Source: Macrostomum lignano
Lineage: Eukaryota
DNA: 64,000 bases
Direction: 5' to 3'
Assembly: GCA_002269645.1 (NCBI GenBank)
Contig: NIVC01003086.1
Span: forward strand, 1 to 64,000
Positions 25,520 to 39,800 of the stretch are shown in pieces. The position numbers and the translations under genes are program-made. The stretch's first letter is position 1. The number at the start of each line of letters is the position of its first letter. The notes below the pieces were generated by a model. The model made no database searches. It was not told the origin of the DNA and saw only the letters and a list, made by a program, of their open reading frames with translations.

Positions 25520-25930
25520 TGGTTGCTATGCGACGATTGGTTTCTACTCATCTGGTTGCTATGCGACTATTGGTTTCTACTCATCTGGTTGCTATGCGAC
25601 TATTGGTTTCTACTCATCTGGTTGCTATGCGACTATTGGTTTCTACGCATCTGGTTGCTATGCGACTATTGGTTTCTACGCATCTGGTTGCTATGCGACT
25701 ATTGGTTTCTACGCTTCTGGTTGCTATGCGACTATTGGTTTCTTCTCATTTGGTTGCTATGCGACTATTGGTTTCTACTCATCTGGTTGCTATGCGACTA
25801 TTGGTTTCTACTCATCTGGTTGCTATGCGACTATTGGTTTCTTCTCATTTGGTTGCTATGCGACTATTGGTTTCTACTCATCTGGTTGCTATGCGACTAT
25901 TGGTTTCTACTCATCTGGTTGCTATGCGAC
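25520..25930. repeat. 33-bp minisatellite, ~12 copies
   Basis: Unit TGGTTGCTATGCGACTATTGGTTTCTACTCATC, with degenerate copies back to ~25280. Confidence 0.92.
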
Positions 25931-26569
25931 TTGGCTAAAGTTTTATACACTACTTACAAAGGAGACAGAAGTTTTTTAAACAGAGAAAAAAGGACCTACC
26001 AAAACCCAAAATCAATCCATACTACTTAGCAGTACCCAAAAAAGAGACAATTTCAGAAAAAGAACAAAAATTGAATCAAACACTGAAAGCGGCTTAAGAG
26101 CGGCCGCCAGAAAAAATATGGAATATTCGAGCGTATAAAACCACAAACAGTCAAAGTAACGCACAAGTCCAAGTAAAAATTATGCGATAATTTTGATTGA
26201 GAGAAAAATAATATATATATATAAACACTAAGCTATTATTATGCTTTGATAAGGGGCGGGACAAAAGAGGAAATTACGAGGCTGGGGCAAACTCAAAATT
26301 TCTTGAGCAGAGAAGAGCGACGATATTGGGATTTAAACAAATTTCAATACTTAACTTACAATGTATATGTGTATATATATAAATATAGTAATGAGGATTT
26401 ATAAAAACTGATAATTTAGTACACGTTTCCTCACACGACCGGATACACTGTTTAACAGACGATGAACTGGAGCACACTTACACCTGAGATGGACCCTAAT
26501 GGGTAAAACAGTGAGAACTTATGAACATTAGGACTACAGCATAACATTTAACATAAGAGCTTTCAAGTC

Positions 26570-27440
26570 GAAACCTAAGCTCATGTTTCACACCTGAACC
26601 TAAGCTCATGTCTCACACCTGAACCTAAGCTCACGTCTCACGTCTCACACCTGAACCTAAGCTCATGTCTCACACCTGAAGTTAAGCTCATGTCTCACAC
26701 CTGAAGCTAAGCTCATGTCTCACACCTGGACCTAAGCTCACGTCTCACACCTGAACCTAAGCTCACGTCTCACACCCTGAAGCTAAGCTCAAATCTCACA
26801 CCTGAAGCTAGCCTCAAATCTCACACCTGAACGTAGCCTCAAATCTCACACCTGAAGCTAGACTAAAATCTCACACCTGAAGCTAGCCTCAAATCTCACA
26901 CCTGAAGCTAGCCTCTCACACCTGAAGCTAGCCTCTCACACCTGAAGCTAGACTAAAATATCACACCTGAAGCTAGACTAAAATCTCACACCTGAAGCTA
27001 GTCTTGAATCTCACACCTGAAGCTAGCCTCAAATATTACACCTGAAGCTAGCCTCAAATCTCACACCTGAAGCTAGCCTCAAATCTCACACCTGAAGCTA
27101 GCCTCAAATCTCACACCTGAAGCTAGCCTCAAATCTCACACCTGAAGCTAGCCTCAAATCTCACACCTGAAGCTAGCCTCAAATCTCACACCTGAAGCTA
27201 GCCTCAAATCTCACACCTGAAGCTAGCCTCAAATCTCACACCTGAAGCTAGCCTCAAATCTCACACCTGAAGCTAGCCTCTCACACCTGAAGCTAGACTA
27301 AAATATCACACCTGAAGCTAGGCTAAAATATCACACCTGAAGCTAGACTGAAATATCACACCTGAAGCTAGCCTCAAATCTCACACCTGAAGCTAGCCTC
27401 AAATCTCACACCTGAAGCTAGCCTTGAATCTCACACCTGA
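26570..27440. repeat. ~25-bp minisatellite just 3' of the OXR1-like stop
   Basis: Unit TCTCACACCTGAAGCTAGCCTCAAA. Confidence 0.92.
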
Positions 27441-27512
27441 AGCGTATCAGATCCAGACCCAAGCCGCCCAAAAGTGAAACAATCACAATGCTCACAGGCC
27501 AGCCAGCCCTTC

Positions 27513-30500
27513 TCAGTCTTGAGTCGGGTCGGCAAATTCCCACAGCTCAATGTCGCGCACAAGAAAATCCTCTTTCGGGCCGCACAGTACCGGACTATTG
27601 AAGGTGTCGCATCGCTGCGATCGGCCTCTGAATAAGCCGGAGTCCAGCCAGATTGCGCAGCGGCCGCGGCAGCTGCCAACCGTGAAAGCGTCAGTAGCCC
27701 CGCGCATAAAGTACGTGTTCTCCCCGGTCCAGCAGTACTGATAGAAGTCGCTATCTTCTTCTTCCTCATCTTCATCTTCGTCCTCGCTGTTGTCTTCTTC
27801 GTTCTCCTTGTTGTCGTTGTTGTTGCCAGCCAAGTCTTGGCTTGAGTCGTCGGCGCTTCTGTCTCCGCCGGCTTCAACGTTGAACTGGCAGGCGCCGCTG
27901 CCGCCGCTGCCGCTGCTGGGGTCGCGAATCTGTTTGACAGGCCGCTCCCAGCGGAACACGAATGTCTCCCCGGTGCCATAGTAGTGCTCTGATTGGCGCA
28001 TCACTCCGCTGAGGAATGCGCCGAACAGGTGAGCGTCAGTGTCCAGCACAAGCAGCAGGCAGAAGGAGTCTGGCGCGGCTGCGTTCTCGGCGCAGGCCCG
28101 ATAGGCGCTTTTCAAGCTGAACCCGTGCCTGCCAGCCGAGTACAGCAGGCTCAGGTTGAGTCCCTCGGCTCTGGGCGGCAGCACCTTTACTAGGTGGCGA
28201 AGTCGCCGGTTAGTCAGCAGGCGGGAGCGGCCGTGGACGAGGCGAGGCAGCGGCAGATCCTCCCGGCCGGGCAAAATCAAGGAGGTCTGGTCGGCGCAGA
28301 TCAACTGCCAGCTACCCGCTACATTGCCGCTGCCGGCGCCGCCGCCTTCCATGAAATAATAGTCGTCTGGCCGACCGGACCTTGACGGCAGCGGCTGGGA
28401 CTGGAACACAATGGCGGTGCTACTTTCAATAGTATTAGCACAGAATAGAATGTGCCTGACAGTAAGCCTGAACTGAGCCTGAACTGAGCCTGACGCTAAA
28501 AATTAACTGTGCCTAAAAACAGAGCCTAAACTGTGCCTGAAACTAAGAATGAACTGTGCCTGAAACTAAGAATGAACTGTGCCTGAAACTAAGAATGAAC
28601 TGTGCCTGAAACTAAGAATGAACTGTGCCTGAAACTAAGAATAAACTGTGCCTGAAACACCTGAAACCAAGCCCGAACCTCACCTGAAACCAAGCCCGAA
28701 TCTCATCTGAAACCAAGCCCGAATTTCATCTGAAACCAAGCCCGAATTTCATCTGAAAACAAGTCTGAACCAAGCCTAAACTAAGCCTAAACCAAGCCTA
28801 AACTAAGCCTGAACCAAGCCTAAACTAAGCCTAAACCAAGCCTAAACTAAGCCTAAACCAAGCCTAAACTAAGCCTGAACTAAACCTGAACTAAGCCTGA
28901 ACCAAGCCTGAACTAAGCCTGAACTAAACCTGAACCAAGCCTAAACCAAGCCTGAACTAAGCCTGAACTAAACCTGAACTAAGCCTGAACCAAGCCTGAA
29001 CTAAGCCTGAACTAAGCCTGAACTAAGCCTGAACCAAGCCTGAACTAAGCCTGAACTAAACCTGAACTAAGCCTGAACCAAGCCTGAACTAAGCCTGAAC
29101 TAAACCTGAACAAAGCCTGAAACTAAGCCTGAACTAAGCCTGAACTAAGCCTGAACTAAGCCTAAACTAAGCCTGAACTAAGCCTGAACTAAGCCTGAAC
29201 TAAGCCTGAACTAAGCCTGAATTGAGCCTGAACTGTGCCTGAGACAAAGCAGAATTTGCTGCTCACCTGATCTGTGCCTCCGCTTACACCGGCGCCGCCA
29301 GCGGCAGCGGCGCCGCCAGCGGCAGCGGCAGCGGCAGCGGCGCCGCAGCGCCTCAAAAACACGTACAACATATCAGCGTCGCGCTTATCCACGGAGAACC
29401 AGAGCTCGTCCTGGCGGCTGGCGCTGATTGGGCCGCGTTTGCCGCGCCGGCTGCCGCTCCTGGCGGGGCCGCCCATAGCCCGCGGCTTCAACGAGACGCA
29501 GAGATACAACGGCCGGTCCTCGAACTGGGTGCACGTGTGCGGATGCAGACGCTCTGCGGCTAGCTGGGCGGGCGGCTGAGACAAGTCGGTGACCTGGCGT
29601 AGATCGTGCCGCTGAGTGGAAAACAGGCCGCAGGACAGGTCCACCATGAGCTGCTGGGGCAGCTGGCTGAAGCTGCTGGCTGAACCAAGACTGTTCGGGG
29701 TCACGGAAGCGGCCTCGGCGCCAGCCAGCGCGTATTCGCTGACTCCGCCTGCGACTGCGGCTGCTAGCCGCTCCTCCCGGCGCAGAGCCATCAGTTCTGG
29801 AGTGTTGTAGGCGTTCAACGACATCACGTGACCAAGCGGATGGGCCACGCTGTACATATCAGGGCCGCGCTCGATAACCAATGGGTCGGAAACGTTGGGA
29901 TCGAACAGGATGGTGTTGGGCGTCACCAGCAGGGTGCCGGAGACCACGCCGTCGCCGTGGGTCATCAGACGAACTTTGGCTTTGATAAATTTGCGCTCGT
30001 GAGGGTCCTCTGGCGGCGGCTTCGGCGGCTCAACGGCGGCTGGGACGGCCGCTGCTGCAGCTGCGGGCGTCGAGCCGATGGCGTCGTCCTCGCCGTTTGT
30101 GGACGTCGAGCTGAAGTTGGACGACTCCGACTGGGACTTGCTCAGCGACTGGCAGCCACCGCCTTCAGCTGTTGCGCCAGCCGCAGTCGGCGAAGGCGGC
30201 GGCGGAGCGTCGGGATCGGGCACGATGAGGCGCATGCCGGGGAACACAATCCGATTGCTGCGCCTGTTTAGCAGGCAGAGCTCCGACGGTGTGCTGTTGA
30301 ACCGGGCGGCTATGCTGTTCAGGGTGTCCCTGTCGCGTACCTGAGATACGGAGAGAACCGGGGTGTCTCGTTTAGCATCAGAATGTCGTAGTGATAGGTG
30401 TGTAATGACGAGAGTAGCGTTCAAAGTAGGGGTAAAAACACGGATTTGGAGGGTCAGCAGACACGAGTGGAAGTGGCGAGCCAAAGAGACCGGATGCAGA

Positions 30501-32696
30501 GGTTCAGCAGACACGAGTGGAAGTGGCGAGCCAAAGAGACCGGATGTAGATGGTCAGCAGACGCGAGTGGAAGTGACGAGCTGAAGAACCCGGATGTAGA
30601 GAGTCAGCAGACACGAGTGGAAGTGGCGAGCCAAAGAGACCAGATGTAGAGGTTCAGCAGACACGAGTGGAAGTGGCGACCTGAAGAACCCGGATGTACC
30701 CGGATGTAGAGGGGTCAGCAGACACGAGTGGGTGTGGCGACCTGAAGAACCCGGATGTAGAGGGTCAGCAGACACGAGTGGGTGTGGCGAGCCAAAGAGA
30801 CCGGATGCAGATGTTCAGCAGACACCAGTGGAAGTGACGAGCTGAAGAACCCGGATGTAGAGGTTTAGCAGACACGAGTGGAAGTGGCGACCTGAAGAAC
30901 CCGGATGTAGAGAGTCAGCAGACACGAGTGGAAGTGGCGACCTGAAGAACCCGGATGTAGAGGGGTCAGCAGACACGAGTGGAAGTGGCGACCTGAAGAA
31001 CCCGGATGTAGAGGGGTCAGCAGACACGAGTGGGTGTGGCGAGCCAAGGAGACCGGATGTAGAGGTTTAGCAGACACGAGTGGAAGTGGCGACCTGAAGA
31101 ACCCGGATGCACTTCTGGATGCAGCAAAATTTCTGCTTTCAGAAGAATTTCATACCATGCACCTAAATACGCAGCTAATTATAAAAGAAATTTAGAAGCT
31201 TCCAGGTATTTCGTACTATCATATGAATATGGGAGCGAATCGCAAACCTTTGATCATCAAATTTCCTTCATCAAATATGCCTTCGGGCCCATAAACCCGG
31301 GCCTCTTAAAAAAGCGAGACAGTCGACTAAAGAGGGTGGAAATCTCGGTGGAAATCTCGGTGGAAATCAGCCGGCCTGGCGCGAGATTGCAGAAAAAAAC
31401 TAAAAAAATAAAAATCTTAGTTTTCACCTCGACTGGGCTTGCCCGGCCGGGCCAACCGCTTCCCTCATCGCCCTCCTTTTATTCCCACGCCGCAGTCTCC
31501 TCCTCTCCCCCTCCCTCCCTCGACCACTTTCAAGGAAATGAATTTCCATAATAATGAGTTTTTGCATTCTCAATAACCCCGAAGCCCCCCCCCCCGGGTT
31601 TTTCACAAATTTCTTCAATTCAGCAGCCTTGAAGGCCCCAAAATTCGACGGCTAGTAGTCACGGGGCGCAGGGAATGCAGGGAAGATTACTCTAGCGAAT
31701 GAGAATGTCGCATAAATCACAAATGGGAGGCAATTATCAGGATTAGCGGCTTGGCCTGGCAGACGAGAGTCGAGCTATGCAATAGAATAGAAAGGAATGC
31801 AGTTGATACTTGTAAAGACTTAACTTAGTTATTAATAACCGTGAACAATCGGTAAGGCTAATCTCATGAAATATTTTTATTTACCTGAATAAAAGTTTAA
31901 TACAAATTATACATTTGAAACTAATATGTTTCAATACTAGATTGTTGCAAATTTTATGGCAGTGAATACACCTGCTCAAACTGACACCTTTGTGCTCAAA
32001 ATGACACCCCTTTATGGTCAAACTGACACCTTCTCACGATCAAACTGACACCCTCTAACGATCAAACTGACACCCTCTCACGATCAAACTGACACCCTCT
32101 CACGATCAAACTGACACCCTCTCACGATCAAATTGACACCCTCTCACGATTAAACTGACACACTTGTGGTCAACTGACACCCTCTCACGATTAAACTGAC
32201 ACACTTGTGGTCAACTGACACCCTCTCAAGATCAAACTGACACCCTCTCATGGTCAAACTGACACCCTCTCATGGTCAAACTGACACCCTCTCATGGTCA
32301 AACTGACACCCTCTCATGGTCAAACTGACACCCTCTCATGGTCAAACTGACACACTTGTGGTCAAACTGACACCCTTGTAGTTAAATTGACACCCTCTCA
32401 CGATCAAACTGACACCCTCTCATGGTCAAACTGATGTCTTCTCATGGTCAACCTGACACCTCACGGTCAGACAGTGTGTCACAGCCAGTCCCACAGGCAA
32501 GTACGCGAGGACACTACAAGGACATCCAGTAAAAAAGAAGGCTTGGCTCCTGTAAAACAAAGAGTGCTCACAGTGTACTCAATGGTAGCCTTTTCGGAGG
32601 CTGAACCAGTCGACCCGGTGGATTCCTTCGGCGGCTTCATTCGCTTGCGTCGCTTTCGCTTCTTCTTCTTCTGGGCCAGGCGCTCACTGATGGACT
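27513..32696 (-). CDS. OXR1: OXR1/NCOA7 family protein (LysM + GRAM-like + TLDc); 5' exon(s) not located
   Basis: Exons 32696-32572 (..KATIEYT), 30340-29267 (VRDRDTLNSIAARFNSTPSELCLLN LysM; KFIKAKVRLMTHGDGVVSGTLLVTPNTILFDP) and 28400-27513 (TLDc: LLYSAGRHGFSLKSAY, FGAFLS, YYGTGETFVF, AIWLDSGLFRGRSQRCDTFNS). All splice phases are compatible. Confidence 0.92.
28460..29240. repeat. Compound intronic minisatellite (23-bp then 11-bp units)
   Basis: CTGTGCCTGAAACTAAGAATGAA repeats grading into (CTAAGCCTGAA)n; fills most of the intron. Confidence 0.9.
30440..31110. repeat. ~50-bp intronic minisatellite
   Basis: Unit CAGCAGACACGAGTGGAAGTGGCGACCTGAAGAACCCGGATGTAGAGGGT with variants. Confidence 0.9.
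31975..32460. repeat. 22-bp intronic minisatellite
   Basis: Unit TCAAACTGACACCCTCTCACGA. Confidence 0.9.
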
Positions 32697-32989
32697 CTGC
32701 GGACCGCGCGGGAACACAACTCTGGGTTGCTATGCGGGTTTATTGCATATAATACTAATATTATATGGTTAATGGCTACCAAAATAATAAAATAACAGCA
32801 ACTAGGCGCTAAAGGAAAAGCACAGATTATTTCGCAAGAATTGAGATTCCGGCGGTCAGTAAGGCGCAATAAAATTGGATCGAATAGGTAAATTTTTGGT
32901 AAGCCTGGATTAGCCTGGAAGTGCTGGATTACGCAAAATTAGACAAACTTTAATATAATATTCTTAGGTCAAGCATATCAGGTCAATAT

Positions 32990-33300
32990 TCGATATCTAA
33001 CTAACTCTGGGATCAAGCATCTGAGGTCAATCTTGGGGATCTAGAACTCTAAGATCAAACATCTAAGGTCAATCTTGGGGATCTAGAACTCTGGGATCAA
33101 GCATCTGAGGTCAATCTTGGGGATCTAGAACTCTGAGATCAAGCATCTGAGGTCAATCTTGGGGATCTAGAACTCTAAGATCAAACATCTAAGGTCAATA
33201 TTGGAGATCTAGAACTCTGGGATCAAGCATCTGAGGTCAATCTTGGGGATCAAACATCTTAGGTCAATCTTTGGGATCTAAATCTGGAATCAAGCATCTG
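32990..33300. repeat. 42-bp minisatellite, ~7 copies
   Basis: Unit TCTAGAACTCTGGGATCAAGCATCTGAGGTCAATCTTGGGGA. Confidence 0.88.
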
Positions 33301-33886
33301 ACTTAAGCTGCAGCTAATCTCAGACGCATGACATTAGTAACAGGTAGTCAAATCAACGATCAAACTAAAACTTCAAACGTAAAGTGGACATTTTTAAGTG
33401 TGTACATTTTTCGATTGCGCTAAAAACTAACAATGCGTAGCTACGAATATTTAGCAAAAGTGCGTTCAATTAGTTTGTGGATCAGCTCGTACATTACTGC
33501 GTGCTTCACTCTATCGCATAACATTAACACAGCGGAAAATCGCTACTCGAATAGCTGGGTAGATTCGGGACAGTGGCAATTTCTTGGACTTTGACCCTGC
33601 AAAAATATCTACGCATGATTGTCTGCTATGCAAGCGAAAATTCGATCAAGGGGCTAAGCTTAGCTACAGTTGGACTAAGGTTGGACTATAGGGTGGAGAC
33701 GAGGCCAAACGAAGGGCTGCGCGAGTGGATTTTCCGGCTTAGAGTCATAAACTAATTACTTTGCGCAGGTAATTAAGCGGTGCAGTCTGGCAGAAGTCAA
33801 TTGATTGGTCTGGTCAGGGTCACGGGAGACATGGAAGCGACACCCCCCCTAAAAATGTCTGCACAGAATTCTCGATCATTTCGTCT

Positions 33887-36800
33887 CGTTTTACAGCTGA
33901 TGGAATTCTTCTCAACCGACACAACTTTCATACGAAAAGAATCATGCGTTTTACAGCTGATGGAATTCATCTCAACTGACACAACTTTCATACGAAAAGA
34001 ATCATGCGTTTTACAGCTGATGGAATTCATCTCAACTGACACAACTTTCATACGAAAAGAATCATGCGTTTTACAGCTGATGGAATTCTTCTCAACTGAC
34101 ACAACTTTCATACGAAAAGAATCATGCGTTTTACAGCTGATGAAATTCTTCTCAACTGACACAACTTTCATACGAAAAGAATCATGCGTTTTACAGCTGA
34201 TGAATTCTTCTCAACTGACACAACTTTCATACGAAAAGAATCATGCGTTTTACAGCTGATGAAATTCTTCTCAACTGACACAACTTTCATACGAAAAGAA
34301 TCATGCGTTTTACAGCTGATGGAATTCTTCTCAACTGACACAACTTTCATACGAAAAGAATCATGCGTTTTACAGCTGATGAAATTCTTCTCAACTGACA
34401 CAACTTTCATACGAAAAGAATCATGCGTTTTACAGCTGATGGAATTCTTCTCAACTGACACAACTTTCATACGAAAAGAATCATGCGTTTTACAGCTGAT
34501 GGAATTCTTCTCAACTGACACAACTTTCATACGAAAAGAATCATGCGTTTTACAGCTGATGGAATTCATCTCAACTGACACAACTTTCATACGAAAAGAA
34601 TCATGCGTTTTACAGCTGATGAAATTCTTCTCAACTGACACAACTTTCATACGAAAAGAATCATGCGTTTTACAGCTGATGAAATTCTTCTCAACTGACA
34701 CAACTTTCATACGAAAAGAATCATGCGTTTTACAGCTGATGAAATTCTTCTCAACTGACACAACTTTCATACGAAAAGAATCATGCGTTTTACAGCTGAT
34801 GAAATTCTTCTCAACTGACACAACTTTCATACGAAAAGAATCATGCGTTTTACAGCTGATGAAATTCTTCTCAACTGACACAACTTTCATACGAAAAGAA
34901 TCATGCGTTTTACAGCTGATGAAATTCTTCTCAACTGACACAACTTTCATACGAAAAGAATCATGCGTTTTACAGCTGATGGAATTCATCTCAACTGACA
35001 CAACTTTCATACGAAAAGAATCATGCGTTTTACAGCTGATGAAATTCTTCTCAACTGACACAACTTTCATACGAAAAGAATCATGCGTTTTACAGCTGAT
35101 GGAATTCATCTCAACTGACACAACTTTCATACGAAAAGAATCATGCGTTTTACAGCTGATGGAATTCATCTCAACTGACACAACTTTCATACGAAAAGAA
35201 TCATGCGTTTTACAGCTGATGAAATTCTTCTCAACTGACACAACTTTCATACGAAAAGAATCATGCGTTTTACAGCTGATGGAATTCTCTCAACTGACAC
35301 AACTTTCATACGAAAAGAATCATGCGTTTTACAGCTGATGGAATTCTTCTCAACTGACACAACTTTCATACGAAAAGAATCATGCGTTTTACAGCTGATG
35401 AAATTCTTCTCAACTGACACAACTTTCATACGAAAAGAATCATGCGTTTTACAGCTGATGAAATTCTTCTCAACTGACACAACTTTCATACGAAAAGAAT
35501 CATGCGTTTTACAGCTGATGGAATTCATCTCAACTGACACAACTTTCATACGAAAAGAATCATGCGTTTTACAGCTGATGAAATTCTTCTCAACTGACAC
35601 AACTTTCATACGAAAAGAATCATGCGTTTTACAGCTGATGAAATTCTTCTCAACTGACACAACTTTCATACGAAAAGAATCATGCGTTTTACAGCTGATG
35701 GAATTCTTCTCAACTGACACAACTTTCATACGAAAAGAATCATGCGTTTTACAGCTGATGAAATTCTTCTCAACTGACACAACTTTCATACGAAAAGAAT
35801 CATGCGTTTTACAGCTGATGAAATTCTTCTCAACTGACACAACTTTCATACGAAAAGAATCATGCGTTTTACAGCTGATGAAATTCTTCTCAACTGACAC
35901 AACTTTCATACGAAAAGAATCATGCGTTTTACAGCTGATGAAATTCTTCTCAACTGACACAACTTTCATACGAAAAGAATCATGCGTTTTACAGCTGATG
36001 AAATTCTTCTCAACTGACACAACTTTCATACGAAAAGAATCATGCGTTTTACAGCTGATGAAATTCTTCTCAACTGACACAACTTTCATACGAAAAGAAT
36101 CATGCGTTTTACAGCTGATGAATTCTTCTCAACTGACACAACTTTCATACGAAAAGAATCATGCGTTTTACAGCTGATGAAATTCTTCTCAACTGACACA
36201 ACTTTCATACGAAAAGAATCATGCGTTTTACAGCTGATGAAATTCTTCTCAACTGACACAACTTTCATACGAAAAGAATCATGCGTTTTACAGCTGATGA
36301 AATTCTTCTCAACTGACACAACTTTCATACGAAAAGAATCATGCGTTTTACAGCTGATGAAATTCTTCTCAACTGACACAACTTTCATACGAAAAGAATC
36401 ATGCGTTTTACAGCTGATGAATTCTTCTCAACTGACACAACTTTCATACGAAAAGAATCATGCGTTTTACAGCTGATGGAATTCTTCTCAACTGACACAA
36501 CTTTCATACGAAAAGAATCATGCGTTTTACAGCTGATGAATTCTTCTCAACTGACACAACTTTCATACGAAAAGAATCATGCGTTTTACAGCTGATGGAA
36601 TTCTTCTCAACTGACACAACTTTCATACGAAAAGAATCATGCGTTTTACAGCTGATGAATTCTTCTCAACTGACACAACTTTCATACGAAAAGAATCATG
36701 CGTTTTACAGCTGATGAATTCTTCTCAACTGACACAACTTTCATACGAAAAGAATCATGCGTTTTACAGCTGATGAATTCTTCTCAACTGACACAACTTT

Positions 36801-39800
36801 CATACGAAAAGAATCATGCGTTTTACAGCTGATGAAATTCTTCTCAACTGACACAACTTTCATACGAAAAGAATCATGCGTTTTACAGCTGATGAATTCT
36901 TCTCAACTGACACAACTTTCATACGAAAAGAATCATGCGTTTTACAGCTGATGGAATTCTTCTCAACTGACACAACTTTCATACGAAAAGAATCATGCGT
37001 TTTACAGCTGATGAAATTCTTCTCAACTGACACAACTTTCATACGAAAAGAATCATGCGTTTTACAGCTGATGAAATTCTTCTCAACTGACACAACTTTC
37101 ATACGAAAAGAATCATGCGTTTTACAGCTGATGGAATTCTTCTCAACTGACACAACTTTCATACGAAAAGAATCATGCGTTTTACAGCTGATGAAATTCT
37201 TCTCAACTGACACAACTTTCATACGAAAAGAATCATGCGTTTTACAGCTGATGAAATTCTTCTCAACTGACACAACTTTCATACGAAAAGAATCATGCGT
37301 TTTACAGCTGATGAAATTCTTCTCAACTGACACAACTTTCATACGAAAAGAATCATGCGTTTTACAGCTGATGAAATTCTTCTCAACTGACACAACTTTC
37401 ATACGAAAAGAATCATGCGTTTTACAGCTGATGAAATTCTTCTCAACTGACACAACTTTCATACGAAAAGAATCATGCGTTTTACAGCTGATGAAATTCT
37501 TCTCAACTGACACAACTTTCATACGAAAAGAATCATGCGTTTTACAGCTGATGAATTCTTCTCAACTGACACAACTTTCATACGAAAAGAATCATGCGTT
37601 TTACAGCTGATGAATTCTTCTCAACTGACACAACTTTCATACGAAAAGAATCATGCGTTTTACAGCTGATGAAATTCTTCTCAACTGACACAACTTTCAT
37701 ACGAAAAGAATCATGCGTTTTACAGCTGATGAATTCTTCTCAACTGACACAACTTTCATACGAAAAGAATCATGCGTTTTACAGCTGATGAATTCTTCTC
37801 AACTGACACAACTTTCATACGAAAAGAATCATGCGTTTTACAGCTGATGAATTCTTCTCAACTGACACAACTTTCATACGAAAAGAATCATGCGTTTTAC
37901 AGCTGATGAAATTCTTCTCAACTGACACAACTTTCATACGAAAAGAATCATGCGTTTTACAGCTGATGAAATTCTTCTCAACTGACACAACTTTCATACG
38001 AAAAGAATCATGCGTTTTACAGCTGATGAAATTCTTCTCAACTGACACAACTTTCATACGAAAAGAATCATGCGTTTTACAGCTGATGAATTCTTCTCAA
38101 CTGACACAACTTTCATACGAAAAGAATCATGCGTTTTACAGCTGATGAAATTCTTCTCAACTGACACAACTTTCATACGAAAAGAATCATGCGTTTTACA
38201 GCTGATGAATTCTTCTCAACTGACACAACTTTCATACGAAAAGAATCATGCGTTTTACAGCTGATGAAATTCTTCTCAACTGACACAACTTTCATACGAA
38301 AAGAATCATGCGTTTTACAGCTGATGGAATTCTTCTCAACTGACACAACTTTCATACGAAAAGAATCATGCGTTTTACAGCTGATGAATTCTTCTCAACT
38401 GACACAACTTTCATACGAAAAGAATCATGCGTTTTACAGCTGATGAATTCTTCTCAACTGACACAACTTTCATACGAAAAGAATCATGCGTTTTACAGCT
38501 GATGAATTCTCTCAACTGACACAACTTTCATACGAAAAGAATCATGCGTTTTACAGCTGATGAAATTCTTCTCAACTGACACAACTTTCATACGAAAAGA
38601 ATCATGCGTTTTACAGCTGATGAAATTCTTCTCAACTGACACAACTTTCATACGAAAAGAATCATGCGTTTTACAGCTGATGAATTCTTCTCAACTGACA
38701 CAACTTTCATACGAAAAGAATCATGCGTTTTACAGCTGATGAAATTCTTCTCAACTGACACAACTTTCATACGAAAAGAATCATGCGTTTTACAGCTGAT
38801 GAAATTCTTCTCAACTGACACAACTTTCATACGAAAAGAATCATGCGTTTTACAGCTGATGAATTCTTCTCAACTGACACAACTTTCATACGAAAAGAAT
38901 CATGCGTTTTACAGCTGATGAAATTCTTCTCAACTGACACAACTTTCATACGAAAAGAATCATGCGTTTTACAGCTGATGGAATTCTTCTCAACTGACAC
39001 AACTTTCATACGAAAAGAATCATGCGTTTTACAGCTGATGAATTCTTCTCAACTGACACAACTTTCATACGAAAAGAATCATGCGTTTTACAGCTGATGA
39101 ATTCTTCTCAACTGACACAACTTTCATACGAAAAGAATCATGCGTTTTACAGCTGATGAAATTCTTCTCAACTGACACAACTTTCATACGAAAAGAATCA
39201 TGCGTTTTACAGCTGATGAATTCTTCTCAACTGACACAACTTTCATACGAAAAGAATCATGCGTTTTACAGCTGATGGAATTCTTCTCAACTGACACAAC
39301 TTTCATACGAAAAGAATCATGCGTTTTACAGCTGATGAAATTCTTCTCAACTGACACAACTTTCATACGAAAAGAATCATGCGTTTTACAGCTGATGAAT
39401 TCTTCTCAACTGACACAACTTTCATACGAAAAGAATCATGCGTTTTACAGCTGATGAAATTCTTCTCAACTGACACAACTTTCATACGAAAAGAATCATG
39501 CGTTTTACAGCTGATGAATTCTTCTCAACTGACACAACTTTCATACGAAAAGAATCATGCGTTTTACAGCTGATGAAATTCTTCTCAACTGACACAACTT
39601 TCATACGAAAAGAATCATGCGTTTTACAGCTGATGAAATTCTTCTCAACTGACACAACTTTCATACGAAAAGAATCATGCGTTTTACAGCTGATGAATTC
39701 TTCTCAACTGACACAACTTTCATACGAAAAGAATCATGCGTTTTACAGCTGATGAAATTCTTCTCAACTGACACAACTTTCATACGAAAAGAATCATGCG

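Noticed and set aside
25285-26029. Three overlapping repeat ORFs (GCYATIGFYSS etc.)
   Set aside because: All three frames are open because of a 33-bp tandem repeat.
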